Of a DNA stretch of 64,000 bases, positions 16,535 through 33,054 are shown piece by piece. The notes beneath the pieces were generated by a model, which was not told where the DNA came from, did no database searches, and saw only the letters and a list, made by a program, of their open reading frames with translations. Within the stretch, counting starts at the first letter, position 1. The number at the start of each line of letters is the position of its first letter. The stretch is from Escherichia coli phage vB_EcoM_Shy. The stretch is taken from sequence record MT833282.1; one strand, written 5' to 3'. The translations under genes were made by a program, and so were the position numbers.

Positions 16535-17887
16535 ATGTGGAATCCAATTGTTAATGTAGATATTACATTGAACACCGCAGGAACTACAAGAGAAGGTTTT
16601 GGGCTGCCACTATTTTTAGCTTCAACAGATAACTTTGAAGAAAGAGTCCGTGGTTACACTTCCTTAACTGAAGTTGCTGAAGATTTCGATGAAAATTCTG
16701 CTGCATATAAGGCTGCTAAACAACTTTGGAGTCAGACTCCTAAAGTAACTCAGCTTTATATTGGTAGACGTGCTATGCAGTACACTGTATCAATTCCTGA
16801 TGAGGTTACTGAGAGCACCGACTATTCTTTAACTGTAGCTGTGAGCGGTGGAGTTTCTCAGCCATTCCAGTACACTTCACAGTCAGAAGATACTGCTGAG
16901 AAGGTGCTACAGCAGCTTAAAACTCAGATTGAAGCAGAACCTTCTGTAAAAGACCTTGTTACTGTCAATGTAACTGGTGCTGGCGGTTCAGCAACAATGG
17001 TAATCACCAAAGCTGGTGTCAACGACTTCGTGAAGGTTACTACTACAGCACAAACAGTGTCAATTGCAAGCACAACTGCTGACACAGCATCGACTGCTCT
17101 GGCAGCTATTGAAGCGTATTCAACTGACTGGTATTTCATTGCAGCAGAAGACAGAACTCAACAGTTTGTCTTAGCAATGGCTTCTGAGATTCAAGCTCGT
17201 AAGAAGATTTTCTTTACAGCTAACTCTGATGTAGCAGCACTGCAAGGTACAGAATTAGCCAGTGCAAATGACGTTCCAGCACAACTTGCTAAGAATAAGT
17301 ACACTCGTACAGTTTGCTTGTGGCATCACACAGCAGCAGAAGACTACCCAGAAATGGCTTATATTGCTTATGGTGCTCCGTATGATGCAGGTTCAATTGC
17401 TTGGGGTAACGCACAGCTAACTGGTGTAGCTGCTTCTCTACAGCCATCTAATCAGAGACCTCTGACAAGTATTCAGAAGTCAGCTTTAGATGCACGTCAC
17501 TGTAACTTTATTGACCTTGATGGTGGTGTTCCAGTGGTTCGTAGAGGGATTACTTCTGGTGGGGAATGGATTGATATCATCCGTGGTGTTGACTGGTTAG
17601 AATCAGACCTGAAAACTTCTCTGAGAGACTTGCTAATTAACCAGAAGGGTGGTAAGATTACTTATGATGATACTGGTATTACCCGTATTCGTCAAGTCAT
17701 TGAAACCTCTCTGCAAAGAGCAGTCAACAGAAACTTCCTGTCATCTTACACAGTTAATGTTCCTAAAGCCTCTCAAGTTGCTTTGGCAGACAAGAAAGCT
17801 CGTATCCTGAAAGATGTTACCTTCGCAGGTATCTTAGCAGGGGCTATCTTGGATGTTGACTTGAAAGGTACAGTGGCTTACGAATAA
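16535..17887 (+). CDS. tail sheath-like major tail protein
   Basis: 450-aa ORF followed by a 148-aa tube-sized ORF, chaperone pair and tape measure (P2 FI-FII-E/E'-T order). Confidence 0.6.
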   Translation: MWNPIVNVDITLNTAGTTREGFGLPLFLASTDNFEERVRGYTSLTEVAEDFDENSAAYKAAKQLWSQTPKVTQLYIGRRAMQYTVSIPDEVTESTDYSLTVAVSGGVSQPFQYTSQSEDTAEKVLQQLKTQIEAEPSVKDLVTVNVTGAGGSATMVITKAGVNDFVKVTTTAQTVSIASTTADTASTALAAIEAYSTDWYFIAAEDRTQQFVLAMASEIQARKKIFFTANSDVAALQGTELASANDVPAQLAKNKYTRTVCLWHHTAAEDYPEMAYIAYGAPYDAGSIAWGNAQLTGVAASLQPSNQRPLTSIQKSALDARHCNFIDLDGGVPVVRRGITSGGEWIDIIRGVDWLESDLKTSLRDLLINQKGGKITYDDTGITRIRQVIETSLQRAVNRNFLSSYTVNVPKASQVALADKKARILKDVTFAGILAGAILDVDLKGTVAYE

Positions 17888-17902
17888 TAGAGGTAAATTG
17901 GA

Positions 17903-18349
17903 ATGGCTATGTATCAGCAATATTCCCCTAAAGACGTTGTGTGTAGCTGGAATGGTATTGCCATTGAAGGCTTTGCCCCAGATTCATTCTTACGTCTACA
18001 GAGAACATCACCACTTGTGACACCAGTTGTAGGTGCAGGTGGTCAGGTTGCTCTGACAAGAAATGCAGACAAGACAGGTACTATTGAGATTGAGCTAATG
18101 CAGACTTCTCTCTCTAATCAGATGCTTTCTGCAATTCAAGCTAAACAAGACAATATGGAACTTGAAGAAGATATCTCTTCTAACTTCGTAATCTACGACC
18201 CATCAGGCTCTGTTCTGGCAACTGGTATTAATGCTTGGTTGCAGGAATTACCACAGATTGAACTTGGTCGTGACCAGAACTCTAAAACTTGGATTTTTGG
18301 TTGTGAGAAGCTAGACTATACTTCTACAATTCCAGCGTCAAGTGTTTAA
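17903..18349 (+). CDS. tail tube protein (putative)
   Basis: 148-aa ORF after sheath-like gene; terminator follows at 18362. Confidence 0.55.
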   Translation: MAMYQQYSPKDVVCSWNGIAIEGFAPDSFLRLQRTSPLVTPVVGAGGQVALTRNADKTGTIEIELMQTSLSNQMLSAIQAKQDNMELEEDISSNFVIYDPSGSVLATGINAWLQELPQIELGRDQNSKTWIFGCEKLDYTSTIPASSV

Positions 18350-18361
18350 TAAATCCTATAA

Positions 18362-18393
18362 GGGGGAGACTTTAAAAGGTCTTCCCCTTTTTT
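18362..18393 (+). terminator. rho-independent terminator
   Basis: gggggagac-tttaaaag-gtcttcccc then tttttt. Confidence 0.6.
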
Positions 18394-18421
18394 GTTTCTT
18401 TTAAAGTATTAAGGAATCACA

Positions 18422-18820
18422 ATGAAAACAGAATCTAGAGTAATTAATGGTAAGAAAGTAAATATCGTTCTGCTTGGGGCAAGAGATGGTATTAAGATGT
18501 CTATGAAGTTGGGTAAAATTGTTGTTCCAACCTTTGCACAGATGCTGTCAAGCCTGACTGATAAAGATAAGAAAGAAGCTCCAATGGTTCCATTTAAAGA
18601 ACTTGTTGAAGCTTGTTTTGACAGAATTGAAGAAATTAACCTTGAAGAAATGGCTACCATGTTATTTCAAGGGGCAACTGTTGATGACTTCCCACTTAAT
18701 ATTGATACATACTTCCAAGCAAACTACGGTGAATTTATTGATTACTTAGCATTTGCGCTGGAGGCAAACTTCGGAAGTTTTTTCGAAGCAAGCATTTTCA
18801 AAAGCCTAACTTCTCAGTAA
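18422..18820 (+). CDS. tail assembly chaperone (gpE/gpG-like)
   Basis: 132-aa acidic ORF directly upstream of tape measure. Confidence 0.55.
   Translation: MKTESRVINGKKVNIVLLGARDGIKMSMKLGKIVVPTFAQMLSSLTDKDKKEAPMVPFKELVEACFDRIEEINLEEMATMLFQGATVDDFPLNIDTYFQANYGEFIDYLAFALEANFGSFFEASIFKSLTSQ
18778..18784 (+). other. candidate -1 programmed ribosomal frameshift site (T TTT TTC)
   Basis: slippery heptamer X XXY YYZ in zero frame of 18422-18820; the -1 frame is open from here through ORF 18823-19062. Confidence 0.45.
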
Positions 18821-18822
18821 AC

Positions 18823-19061
18823 ATGGGTAATACTCTACAGACACCACTGACTGATGCTGCTGTAGAGGCAACCTATGAAGAAGCAGACGAGATGAAATTT
18901 GTGCTTGCTATTTATGGTATGGAAGGGTGTAAAGAAACACTTGACCAACTCTTTGCTATGACATTCTCTGATTTATTATCATTGAGACAATTTCTTGAGA
19001 TTCAGAGGTCGTATAAAGAGGAAATTGCTTACAACGAACTTAGAAGAGCAGGAAAAATGTA

Positions 19062-19062
<1 letters not shown>
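18823..19062 (+). CDS. tail assembly chaperone extension (gpE'/gpT-like), probable frameshift product
   Basis: 79-aa ORF in -1 frame relative to 18422-18820, ends at tape measure start. Confidence 0.45.
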
Positions 19063-24446
<5,384 letters not shown>

Positions 24447-24447
<1 letters not shown>

Positions 24448-25916
24448 TGGCAGGATTAACTACAACAGGATTACAAACTCTAAGATATCAGGAGATTTTT
24501 GATAATATCAAATCAAGACTTCTTAGAGACATTTCACCAAACCTTGACGTTTCTGAAGATAGTCAATTAGGTCTCTTCCTAGCTTCAATTGCAAGGTCTT
24601 TAGCAGATACTCATGAGATTCTATCAGAAGTCTATGACGGTGGAACAATTGACAAGGCCGAAGGCTTTAACCTTGATGATATTACCGCTTTAAACGCTGT
24701 ATATAGGTATGTTGCACAGGCAACAAGAGGTCAGGTGGAGTTTACTGGAACCACTGGTGCTACTATTCCTTCAACAACAAGATTAAGAAGTACTGCCGGA
24801 AACATCTTTTACCCAGTTAACAACATTACACTTACCCCATCATATTGTGTTGAAGCTGTCCTTGAAGTTAACTCTTTACGAACTGATGCAGATTATGTTA
24901 TTATTATTGATAACGTCATTTTCTCATATAAACCAACCTCATCAGACACAATCACCACACTTCTAACAAAATTAGCAGAAGCTATTAATGGTGGTATTGT
25001 AGCAAAGGCAGAAGTCATTAATGATGGAGCATCATTGAGAGTCTATAAAGATGAGGGTGATATCATTGCCAGAACAAACCCTATGGTTGTCACTGCGACA
25101 ACATTTCTGACCTTTACAAAAATTACAACTATTTCAGATGTAGTAGCTGAAGAGGTGGGTGCTACCCCTGCTTTGGCTGGTACACTTATTGAGATTGAGA
25201 CAACTGTTGATGGTCTTGACAGTATTTATAACAGGTATGACTTAACAACTGGTAGAAATGAAGAAACTGACACAGAACTTAGACAGAGATATTTAGAATC
25301 CTTAGCAGTTACTGGTGTAGGAACTTTGGATGCAATTGTAGCTGCTGTTAAAAGAGTTCAAGGTGTCTCAGATGCTTCAGGTGTTGAAAATGATACTGAA
25401 GAGACAAACTCAGAAGGTCTTCCACCAAAATCTTTTAAGATTGTTGTAGTTGGTGGTCAAAATGATAATGTCGCTCAGGCAATCTGGGATACAAAGCCTG
25501 CTGGTATTAGGGCTTATGGCTCAATTTTTGGTACAGCCCATGATTTAGGTGGTTTGGCACATAATATTTATTTCAGCAGACCAACACCAAAATACGCATT
25601 TGTTAAGGTGTCTTACTCACTATATGATGAAGAAAGCTTGACAATCCCTGAAGAGGATATCAGAGACAGCATTGTACAAGGTATTAATGCCTACGGAAGA
25701 ACTCTTAAGGTTGGTAATGACGTTATCCCTAACAGAATCTATGGACATATCTATGACGTAATTAAAGGTATTGAGATTAATGAAGTCAAGGTGGCATTAT
25801 CAAACAGTCAATCAGTTCCACCTAGTGACGGACAATATACTACAGCAAGAATTACTGTTGACGGTGACCAATATACTGTTTGGGAAAGCAGCCAGTATAC
25901 CATCACTAAGGAGTAA
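24447..25916 (+). CDS. baseplate J-like protein
   Basis: 489-aa ORF in gpJ position. Confidence 0.55.
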
Positions 25917-25918
25917 TA

Positions 25919-26773
25919 ATGTTTGAAAAGATTGATAGTGTTTATTACAAAACACTTGATGAACGAACTGTAACACAGTTTAAAGATAAGTTTATCTACA
26001 CAAGTATCTTGAAAGCAATCACCGATGAGTTACAAACATTAGAGGATGTTTGCTGGCAGATGCACACAGAGAGAAATATTAGGACGTCAGTAGGCCAACA
26101 ACTTGATAATATTGGCTCACTGATTAAAGTTCCTAGACCTTTAGGTGCTGATGATGAAACATATAGAGCTATGCTTTATATCCAAATCTTCCTAAGACGC
26201 TCTGACACTACTCCAACATTCTTGCAAAAAGCAATTATGACACTGTATGGTGCAACTTTCTCTCAGATTTTTGAGCATATTACTCCTAAGACTGGTGGTA
26301 TCGTTATCCGTATCAACACTAGGAAAAGCGTTCTAGATGCTGCATATACACTGTCAAAGATTTCTGCAACAACTACTGGCTCCGCTGTTATCTTAAGAGA
26401 TGTTACTTTAAAGGGAACTGCTTGGACACCTGTAGAGGTTGCTGATTCATCACTTGCTATTGTTGATGATAAAGAGAACTGGTTTGTAACTGATGCTAAC
26501 AGAGGTCTTGTCACAAATAACACTGGTGGCTCTCTGGAGTCCAACCTAGTAGGGAGCCTTGCAGATGCTGGTGTTATTGATGGTTACTTTAAGGTTGACA
26601 GAACAGCAAACTCACAGAGCGATGATTATATGACTGTAGATAGGTCTAATAATAGCGGCTATTTCATCGTTGGTAAAGAAGCTATTGCAGGTGGTGCATA
26701 CGGAATCATGGCTGAGGTTGCACAAATTGTCAAAGGCAGAAAAGATAAATCACAACAAGAAGGAAATTCTTAA
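25919..26773 (+). CDS. baseplate protein (gpI-position)
   Basis: 284-aa ORF. Confidence 0.5.
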   Translation: MFEKIDSVYYKTLDERTVTQFKDKFIYTSILKAITDELQTLEDVCWQMHTERNIRTSVGQQLDNIGSLIKVPRPLGADDETYRAMLYIQIFLRRSDTTPTFLQKAIMTLYGATFSQIFEHITPKTGGIVIRINTRKSVLDAAYTLSKISATTTGSAVILRDVTLKGTAWTPVEVADSSLAIVDDKENWFVTDANRGLVTNNTGGSLESNLVGSLADAGVIDGYFKVDRTANSQSDDYMTVDRSNNSGYFIVGKEAIAGGAYGIMAEVAQIVKGRKDKSQQEGNS

Positions 26774-27075
26774 TGGCAGTTTTAAATTGGTCTACAAATG
26801 AAGTGGATACTGATGGTAATCAGTTAAAAGTTTTACCACCACCGGAAATTCAAGAGACAGGTCTTTTAAAGGGTGAGCCTATGGGTAGACAGTGGTTCAA
26901 CTATATTATCAACTACCTGCTGAATAAAGTAAACGGCACTGTCGGTGAAGTTCGCTCATATGCAACTGAGCAACCAGATTTAGTGGCTAATGGCTGGAAT
27001 CTGATTAAGTCTGAGACAGGGACTGCATCAACAAGTACAAGAAACCTTTACACATATGAATATGTAGGAGCTTAA
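26773..27075 (+). CDS. hypothetical protein upstream of tail fibres
   Basis: 100-aa ORF. Confidence 0.5.
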   Translation: MAVLNWSTNEVDTDGNQLKVLPPPEIQETGLLKGEPMGRQWFNYIINYLLNKVNGTVGEVRSYATEQPDLVANGWNLIKSETGTASTSTRNLYTYEYVGA

Positions 27076-27077
27076 TA

Positions 27078-28253
27078 ATGGCAGTAGGTGAAATTCAAAT
27101 TAGTGCCTTGCCACAAGCGGCCTTACCAATTGATTTGAGTGATATCTTCCACCTTAAGCAAGGTGTTGAGGATAAAAGATGTACGCTTGAACAGTTGTTA
27201 GCACCTCACGCATCTTTGAGGAATAACCCTCATGGTGTAACTAAATCGCAAGTTGGCCTTGATAATGTTATTAACTCTCTTCAATTAGTTGCAGCTAATA
27301 ACTTGTCAGATATTGTAAATGTTGCTGAGGCAAGAGCAAATCTACAAATTATGTCGTCAGAGGAAGTGAATAACTTAATCCAGCAACATATCGACGACAA
27401 AAGTAACCCACACAATACAACGAAAGCACAGGTAGGGTTAAGTAATGTTCAGAACTGGACAACATCCAACCTGTACAATGAAGATGCTGATAAATATGCT
27501 ACCGCGAGAGCAGTGAATAATCTATACAAAGCTATCCAAGCATCATATCCAGTGGGGACTATTCATCTGTCTGTTAACTCTGCTAACCCATCCACTTACT
27601 TGCTTTGTGGAGGTACTTGGGAGTTGGTTTCTAAAGGTAGGGCGCTTGTTGGTTATGATACAGAAGCTAGACCTGTTGGTTCAACGTTCGGTTCTCAGAC
27701 TGTAGCATTAACAAATAATAATTTACCAGCACACACCCACTCTATCTATTTAACAGGTGGTGGTCACACACACTCTGCAAGCGTATCTATCTCTAGTTTT
27801 GATTATGGTTCAAAAAGTACATCAACTTTTGATTACGGTACAAAAACGACTAATAGTGCTGGTGCTCACACTCACACGTTTAGCGGCACGACAAGTAATG
27901 ATGGTAACCATAACCATAGAGTACCACTGAGAGGTAATGATAGAAGTGGGGGGGATGCTATTACTGCATCTGCTTATGCTGGGGTTAATAATAATACGTA
28001 TACTGATTTAGCAGGTGCTCACACCCATAGCTTCTCAGGCACAACTGCATCATCTGGTGCTCATAGCCATACTGTTGCAATTGGTGCTCATAGCCACACT
28101 GTTAATATTGGTTCACACAGTCATACGGGTACTGTTACTGTCTCTAACTCTGAACATACACACTCAGGAACATCTGGTTCTGTTGGTGGTGGTCAAGCTT
28201 TCAGTGTTGAGCAGCCATCTTTTGTCGTATATGTATGGCAGAGAACAGCTTAA
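27078..28253 (+). CDS. tail fibre protein with C-terminal His-box (HxH) tip
   Basis: C-terminal repeats GAHTHSFSGTT / GAHSHTVAIGAHSHTVNIGSHSHTG; paralogous to C-terminus of 28300-30669. Confidence 0.75.
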   Translation: MAVGEIQISALPQAALPIDLSDIFHLKQGVEDKRCTLEQLLAPHASLRNNPHGVTKSQVGLDNVINSLQLVAANNLSDIVNVAEARANLQIMSSEEVNNLIQQHIDDKSNPHNTTKAQVGLSNVQNWTTSNLYNEDADKYATARAVNNLYKAIQASYPVGTIHLSVNSANPSTYLLCGGTWELVSKGRALVGYDTEARPVGSTFGSQTVALTNNNLPAHTHSIYLTGGGHTHSASVSISSFDYGSKSTSTFDYGTKTTNSAGAHTHTFSGTTSNDGNHNHRVPLRGNDRSGGDAITASAYAGVNNNTYTDLAGAHTHSFSGTTASSGAHSHTVAIGAHSHTVNIGSHSHTGTVTVSNSEHTHSGTSGSVGGGQAFSVEQPSFVVYVWQRTA

Positions 28254-28261
28254 TTTCTTTA

Positions 28262-28285
28262 CAGGGGCTTTGTAGCCCCTTTTAA
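28262..28285 (+). terminator. rho-independent terminator
   Basis: aggggct-ttgt-agcccct then tttt. Confidence 0.5.
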
Positions 28286-28299
28286 GAGGAAAATTTATA

Positions 28300-30669
28300 A
28301 TGGCAGATTACAAATTGAGTCAATTAAACTCAATCGACACAATTCGTTCAGAAGACCTATTGCACATCAGAGTTAAGAAAAGACCTGAAATGTTGGGTGA
28401 CGAAGACCGTAGAATGACCTATCAAGACTTCTTAGCTTCCTTCAAACTAGAAAGGTTTGTTCAGATTGCTGGGAGTACTATGGTTGGGGATTTAGGTATT
28501 GTCAAGTTACTTTACGGTGGCAAGGCTGTATTTGACCCAACAGATTCTTCTGAGATTACTATTGGGGATATTTTAAAGACTTTTAAAATTAACTCAAATG
28601 GTCTTAAACTCACTATTGCAGATGCTTCAAGGTCGGCAACTGTTTATCATACTTTGAATAAACCAAGCCCTAATGAACTTGGTATGAGAACTAATGAAGA
28701 GAATGATGCAAGATATGCAAGGCTTGCTGTCACAAATAACTTCAGCATTAGGCAAGCAATCGTAACTGATGGTGAGCAGTTAACTCTTAAGAAGGCAACC
28801 AATGCAGGTGCTTCATATATTCAAGGTAGAGATGCTAATAACCAGCAAACTTGGTATGTTGGACAGGGAAATGCAAACAGCACTAATGTTTATTTGTACA
28901 ATCATGCTACTGGTGCAATGTTAACCCTTGATGCAACAGCAGCATTTAATAAGTCACTTAGAATCACTGGACAAGTTCAACCTTCAGATTTCTCTAACTT
29001 AGATGCTAGATACTTCACTCAGACAGTTGCTAATCAGAGATTTGCACAGTTAGCTGGTAATAACACTTTTACAGGTGCTAATACATTTAGGACTATGAGT
29101 ATTATCTCAAATGCTGCTGCTATCACACTACAATGTGCATCAGCAAATGAATCCCTGTATCTACTTGCAAAAGATTATCAAGGTGGTAACTTATGGTATG
29201 TTGGTAAAGGTAGCTCAGGTGATGGTGTAACTATCTACAACTATACCACTAACACCTCTTTGGTCTTAGATGCTGCTGGAGTATCAGCAAATAAAAATGT
29301 CAGAATCACTGGTCAAGTTCAACCTTCTGATTGGGCTAATATTGACTCTAGATACATTCCAGCAGGGACTTTGAGTAACCTTGCTAAACTGAGTGATGTG
29401 AATACTTTTAGGTCTGCGCAAGTTATTAAACAGAATGGTCCAGTGTTGCAGCTAAGGAATACTATTCAGGACAGGGAGCTATATATCTCTGCTCATAATG
29501 CTGATGATGTTAGAAAGTGGTACATCGGTAACGGGGATGCTAACCCAGCAAGGCTTATTATCCACAACGACAGAACTGCAACTACGATTTATATGCAAGA
29601 CGATTTCTTGCTGAATAAAACAGTTAGAATCACTGGTCAAGTTCAACCTTCAGATTTCTCTAACTTAGATGCTAGATATTATACGCAATCTGTTGCGAAC
29701 TCTAGGTACATGCTTGCTGTATCTACTGGTTCTGGTACAGAGGTTGGTGATGGAGATGGTATTGCTTGGAATGCTAGAACTGGTTTGTATAATGTTACAG
29801 GGAAATCTGGCGGTTCAACACAACTGGTTTATCAGATGTTTATCGGTGGTGGTTCAACACCAACTGCACAGTTGAAGTTTAGCTACGGGAATGGTGGTAT
29901 TTCGTACAGGACAGCACGAGATGGGTATGGTTTTGAGAAGGCATGGGCTAAAATCTATACAGACCAAGATAAACCAACACCTTCAGATATTGGTGCATAC
30001 ACTAAAGCAGAAACTGACCAGAAGATTGCAGAAGCAATTAGTGACTCTACAGACCTGAATAAAATCTATCCAGTAGGTATTGTAACGTGGTTTAACAGTA
30101 ATGTTAACCCTAATACAGCACTTCCTGGGTTAACTTGGACGTACCTGAACAATGGTGTTGGCAGAACTATTAGAATTGCAGCAGCAAATGGTTCAGATGT
30201 TGCTACAACTGGTGGTTCAGACTCTGTAACGTTATCTGTTGGTAACTTACCTTCACACACGCATAGTTTCTCTGCTACCACTTCATCATTTGATTATGGT
30301 ACTAAGACGACAAATACGACTGGCAACCATGCTCACAATAGAGGTAACATGGAAATTTCTGGTGTGGTTGGTTGGTTCAGAAGTGATAGCAGTGCATTCT
30401 ACACTGCGAGCGGTGCGTTTCAGATGGGTAGTTCTCAGGCTTCACATGGCTTCACAGGCTCTAACTTCACTTACGGTGCTGCTGCTGATTTCCACGCGTC
30501 AAGAACTTGGACAGGTGTAACCAACACAACAGGTAACCACAGCCACACTGTTGGTATTGGTGCTCACAGCCACACAGTTAGCGGTAACACTGGTGGTACA
30601 GGTTCTGGTTCAGCATTTAGTGTTACTAACCAGTTCTACAAGTTAATGGCTTGGGTAAGGACTGCTTAA
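28300..30669 (+). CDS. long tail fibre protein with three internal repeats and His-box tip
   Basis: 789 aa; three copies of (V/L)RITGQVQPSD(F/W)(S/A)N(L/I)D(A/S)RY; C-terminal GNHSHTVGIGAHSHTV. Confidence 0.8.
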   Translation: MADYKLSQLNSIDTIRSEDLLHIRVKKRPEMLGDEDRRMTYQDFLASFKLERFVQIAGSTMVGDLGIVKLLYGGKAVFDPTDSSEITIGDILKTFKINSNGLKLTIADASRSATVYHTLNKPSPNELGMRTNEENDARYARLAVTNNFSIRQAIVTDGEQLTLKKATNAGASYIQGRDANNQQTWYVGQGNANSTNVYLYNHATGAMLTLDATAAFNKSLRITGQVQPSDFSNLDARYFTQTVANQRFAQLAGNNTFTGANTFRTMSIISNAAAITLQCASANESLYLLAKDYQGGNLWYVGKGSSGDGVTIYNYTTNTSLVLDAAGVSANKNVRITGQVQPSDWANIDSRYIPAGTLSNLAKLSDVNTFRSAQVIKQNGPVLQLRNTIQDRELYISAHNADDVRKWYIGNGDANPARLIIHNDRTATTIYMQDDFLLNKTVRITGQVQPSDFSNLDARYYTQSVANSRYMLAVSTGSGTEVGDGDGIAWNARTGLYNVTGKSGGSTQLVYQMFIGGGSTPTAQLKFSYGNGGISYRTARDGYGFEKAWAKIYTDQDKPTPSDIGAYTKAETDQKIAEAISDSTDLNKIYPVGIVTWFNSNVNPNTALPGLTWTYLNNGVGRTIRIAAANGSDVATTGGSDSVTLSVGNLPSHTHSFSATTSSFDYGTKTTNTTGNHAHNRGNMEISGVVGWFRSDSSAFYTASGAFQMGSSQASHGFTGSNFTYGAAADFHASRTWTGVTNTTGNHSHTVGIGAHSHTVSGNTGGTGSGSAFSVTNQFYKLMAWVRTA

Positions 30670-30748
30670 TCCCTTGTTGACTGATTGTTAAGATGGTGTT
30701 AATATTCTTTATGGGTATTCTCACCATCTTGGCTGATGAGGTGATTAA

Positions 30749-30946
30749 ATGCCTACAATCCTAGCAATTCTTCTAAAAAATCTAGGTAGCTTCTTCTGGA
30801 AACTCATTTTATCCCTTCTAAGTGAATACATGATTGAGAAAGTGTTCTTTAGGCTTGCAAGATACCTTGCGAGTAAAACAGACACACCTATTGATGATGA
30901 GTTCGTAGATAACTTAGAAAAAGCTTTTAAGGGGGAGAATAAATGA
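30749..30946 (+). CDS. small membrane protein (holin-like candidate)
   Basis: 65 aa, hydrophobic N-terminus, charged C-terminus. Confidence 0.4.
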   Translation: MPTILAILLKNLGSFFWKLILSLLSEYMIEKVFFRLARYLASKTDTPIDDEFVDNLEKAFKGENK

Positions 30947-31314
30947 AGTGGCTAGAGGAAGCTTTTAAAAATAATATTGGTGCAATTGTAGTTGGTATTT
31001 TTAGTGTTATTGGGATGTATACCACCATGCAAGTTTCGGATGGTAAACAAGAAGTGTCTATCACAACAAAGTTACAGCAGTTAGATAATTATTCCAAAAG
31101 TAATTATTCAGCTATTCGTGATTTACAGTCTGATATGAGGCTGCTTCAGCTAGGGATGGAGAACCAGAAAGTCCAGTTAGAGAATGTTAAGGGTGAGAAC
31201 GCAAAACTTACCAAAACTCTTGATAAATTCTCTGATAGTGTGAACAATCTGGCTCAATCAGTATCAGCCCTCCAAGCTATTACTGAGAAGAACACAAAGA
31301 ATACTGAAAAGTAA
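30943..31314 (+). CDS. membrane-anchored coiled-coil protein (spanin-like candidate)
   Basis: 123 aa, N-terminal TM helix followed by heptad-rich region. Confidence 0.45.
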   Translation: MKWLEEAFKNNIGAIVVGIFSVIGMYTTMQVSDGKQEVSITTKLQQLDNYSKSNYSAIRDLQSDMRLLQLGMENQKVQLENVKGENAKLTKTLDKFSDSVNNLAQSVSALQAITEKNTKNTEK

Positions 31315-31320
31315 AGTTTA

Positions 31321-31350
31321 AGGCTCCTTTTTACGGGAGCCTTTTTTGTT
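31321..31350. terminator. bidirectional rho-independent terminator between convergent modules
   Basis: aggctcc-tttttacg-ggagcct flanked by T-runs on both strands. Confidence 0.6.
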
Positions 31351-32250
31351 TTACTTACCGACTGATAATGGTGCTTCAATCTTTCCTGCATGTTGGTAGT
31401 TGTTAATACCACCAATAAAGTCACTTGCAGTGAGATGTTTTAAGTCACTTAAAGTGTTAAGTGGGATACCAATCTCAAAAGTAGGTGCATGAAACTCTTC
31501 ATTATTCATCAGTTCATAAACCTGCTTCATATGATTCTGATAAATCTGAGTATCTCCAAAGACACCTATCAAGTACCGTGGAGTGTATCCAGTCATCTTG
31601 CAAAGAACTTCCAGAATAAAACCGTAAGATGCAATATTAAACGGAAGTCCTAAAAAGGTGTCTACTGAACGCTGATACCATTGTAAGTCAACTTCACCCT
31701 CGTTAGTAATATAAATCTGAAACAGAACATGACAAGGTGCTAGAGCCATTGAGTTTGCTGCAATATCTGCTGCATTCCAAGCATTAACAAGCATGTAACG
31801 GTCTGTGATATCACCCTTCATCTTTGTTACTAAGGTCTCTAACTGGTCTACAACACAACCATTATGACCTTCAAAGTTTCTCCACTGAACCCCGTAGATT
31901 CTCCCACCTGCATCTTCTAACCAATCTTGTTCAGAAGAATAATTAGAGCTTAACCAGCGTTTAAAATCATCTGACCAGATAGTCCAGCGTTCTCCGTCAT
32001 TTTCACCCCAAGTACGATAACGAAGTTCACCAAGCTTATTCTCGCCATTCAGGAACCATAAAGCCTCCCCAATAACTTGCCGTGTAAACACCTGTTTAGA
32101 TGTTAAAAGCGGGAAACCAGTTCGCATATCAAAACGAAACTGAGGTGGAGCAAATGCAGAGATAACATCTCCAGTTCGTGTAGTACGCAGTTCACCAACT
32201 GATAAAACATGGTTCAGGATATTTTTATAACTTGTATCTGCTTGTGACAT
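31351..32250 (-). CDS. thyA: thymidylate synthase
   Basis: 299 aa with ThyA active-site motif APCHVLFQ. Confidence 0.85.
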   Translation of the reverse strand: MSQADTSYKNILNHVLSVGELRTTRTGDVISAFAPPQFRFDMRTGFPLLTSKQVFTRQVIGEALWFLNGENKLGELRYRTWGENDGERWTIWSDDFKRWLSSNYSSEQDWLEDAGGRIYGVQWRNFEGHNGCVVDQLETLVTKMKGDITDRYMLVNAWNAADIAANSMALAPCHVLFQIYITNEGEVDLQWYQRSVDTFLGLPFNIASYGFILEVLCKMTGYTPRYLIGVFGDTQIYQNHMKQVYELMNNEEFHAPTFEIGIPLNTLSDLKHLTASDFIGGINNYQHAGKIEAPLSVGK

Positions 32251-32251
32251 A

Positions 32252-32797
32252 TCAAAAGTGTCCTTTTACTTGTGGTGTATAGATATCAAAAGTTGCTTTC
32301 CCATCTGCTGATGGTCTTGACTGAATCTTAGCAAAAATTTTACGGTCATGCAACTTATCAAAGAAGTTCTCAAAAGGTAGGTACACAGTTGCCTTTTCAG
32401 TCACTTCATGGAAAACTGTATGAAACACTACATCAGCATACGGTAAAGCACTGACAAGGATACCTGCACCACCAATTACGAAAACATCCTCTTCAATATT
32501 ACTGTCAAGATACTTTAAAAATGCTCCAAAAGAGTCTTGATGAGCTTTAGCAAACATAACATCATCTTTACTAAAGTCTATACCGTAATAAGGCACAGAG
32601 TTTGTTAAGATAAGGTTTTCACGTTCAGGTAAAGGATTACTTCCCAGAGTCTTGAAAGTCTCGTTACCCATTATCACTAAGTTGTCTTTAGTGAGTCTCT
32701 TAAACTCTTGCATATCCTCTTTATGTCTAGGCCACGGCATACCAGTTGGAGTACCAAACTCCCCATTTTCACCACTTGCAAAGATTAATTTAATCAT
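32252..32797 (-). CDS. folA: dihydrofolate reductase
   Basis: 181 aa; MIKLIFA...G..PW ... VIGGAGI pattern typical of DHFR; adjacent to thyA. Confidence 0.8.
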   Translation of the reverse strand: MIKLIFASGENGEFGTPTGMPWPRHKEDMQEFKRLTKDNLVIMGNETFKTLGSNPLPERENLILTNSVPYYGIDFSKDDVMFAKAHQDSFGAFLKYLDSNIEEDVFVIGGAGILVSALPYADVVFHTVFHEVTEKATVYLPFENFFDKLHDRKIFAKIQSRPSADGKATFDIYTPQVKGHF

Positions 32798-33054
32798 TTT
32801 GTAAACCCTCTCTTAATGAACCAGTTGATAACAGTCTTCACAGCTTTATTGCTATGATAGATTAAGTGTGGTGTGGGCTGGTATGAACCATAAGCCCAGA
32901 AAGCAATGATTTCACTACACCCTGTACACCTTGTACTCTCTTCAGCAATATGACCGTTGACTATTTCACTCACCTCGCCCTGTAAGTCTGTACATCCACA
33001 ATGTGGACAACGGATAGGTGTTCCATCAGACTCATAGCAGTGTTCAATTTTCAT
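32794..33054 (-). CDS. hypothetical Cys-rich (zinc-ribbon-like) protein
   Basis: 86 aa with CPHCGC and CTGC pairs. Confidence 0.5.
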   Translation of the reverse strand: MKIEHCYESDGTPIRCPHCGCTDLQGEVSEIVNGHIAEESTRCTGCSEIIAFWAYGSYQPTPHLIYHSNKAVKTVINWFIKRGFTK

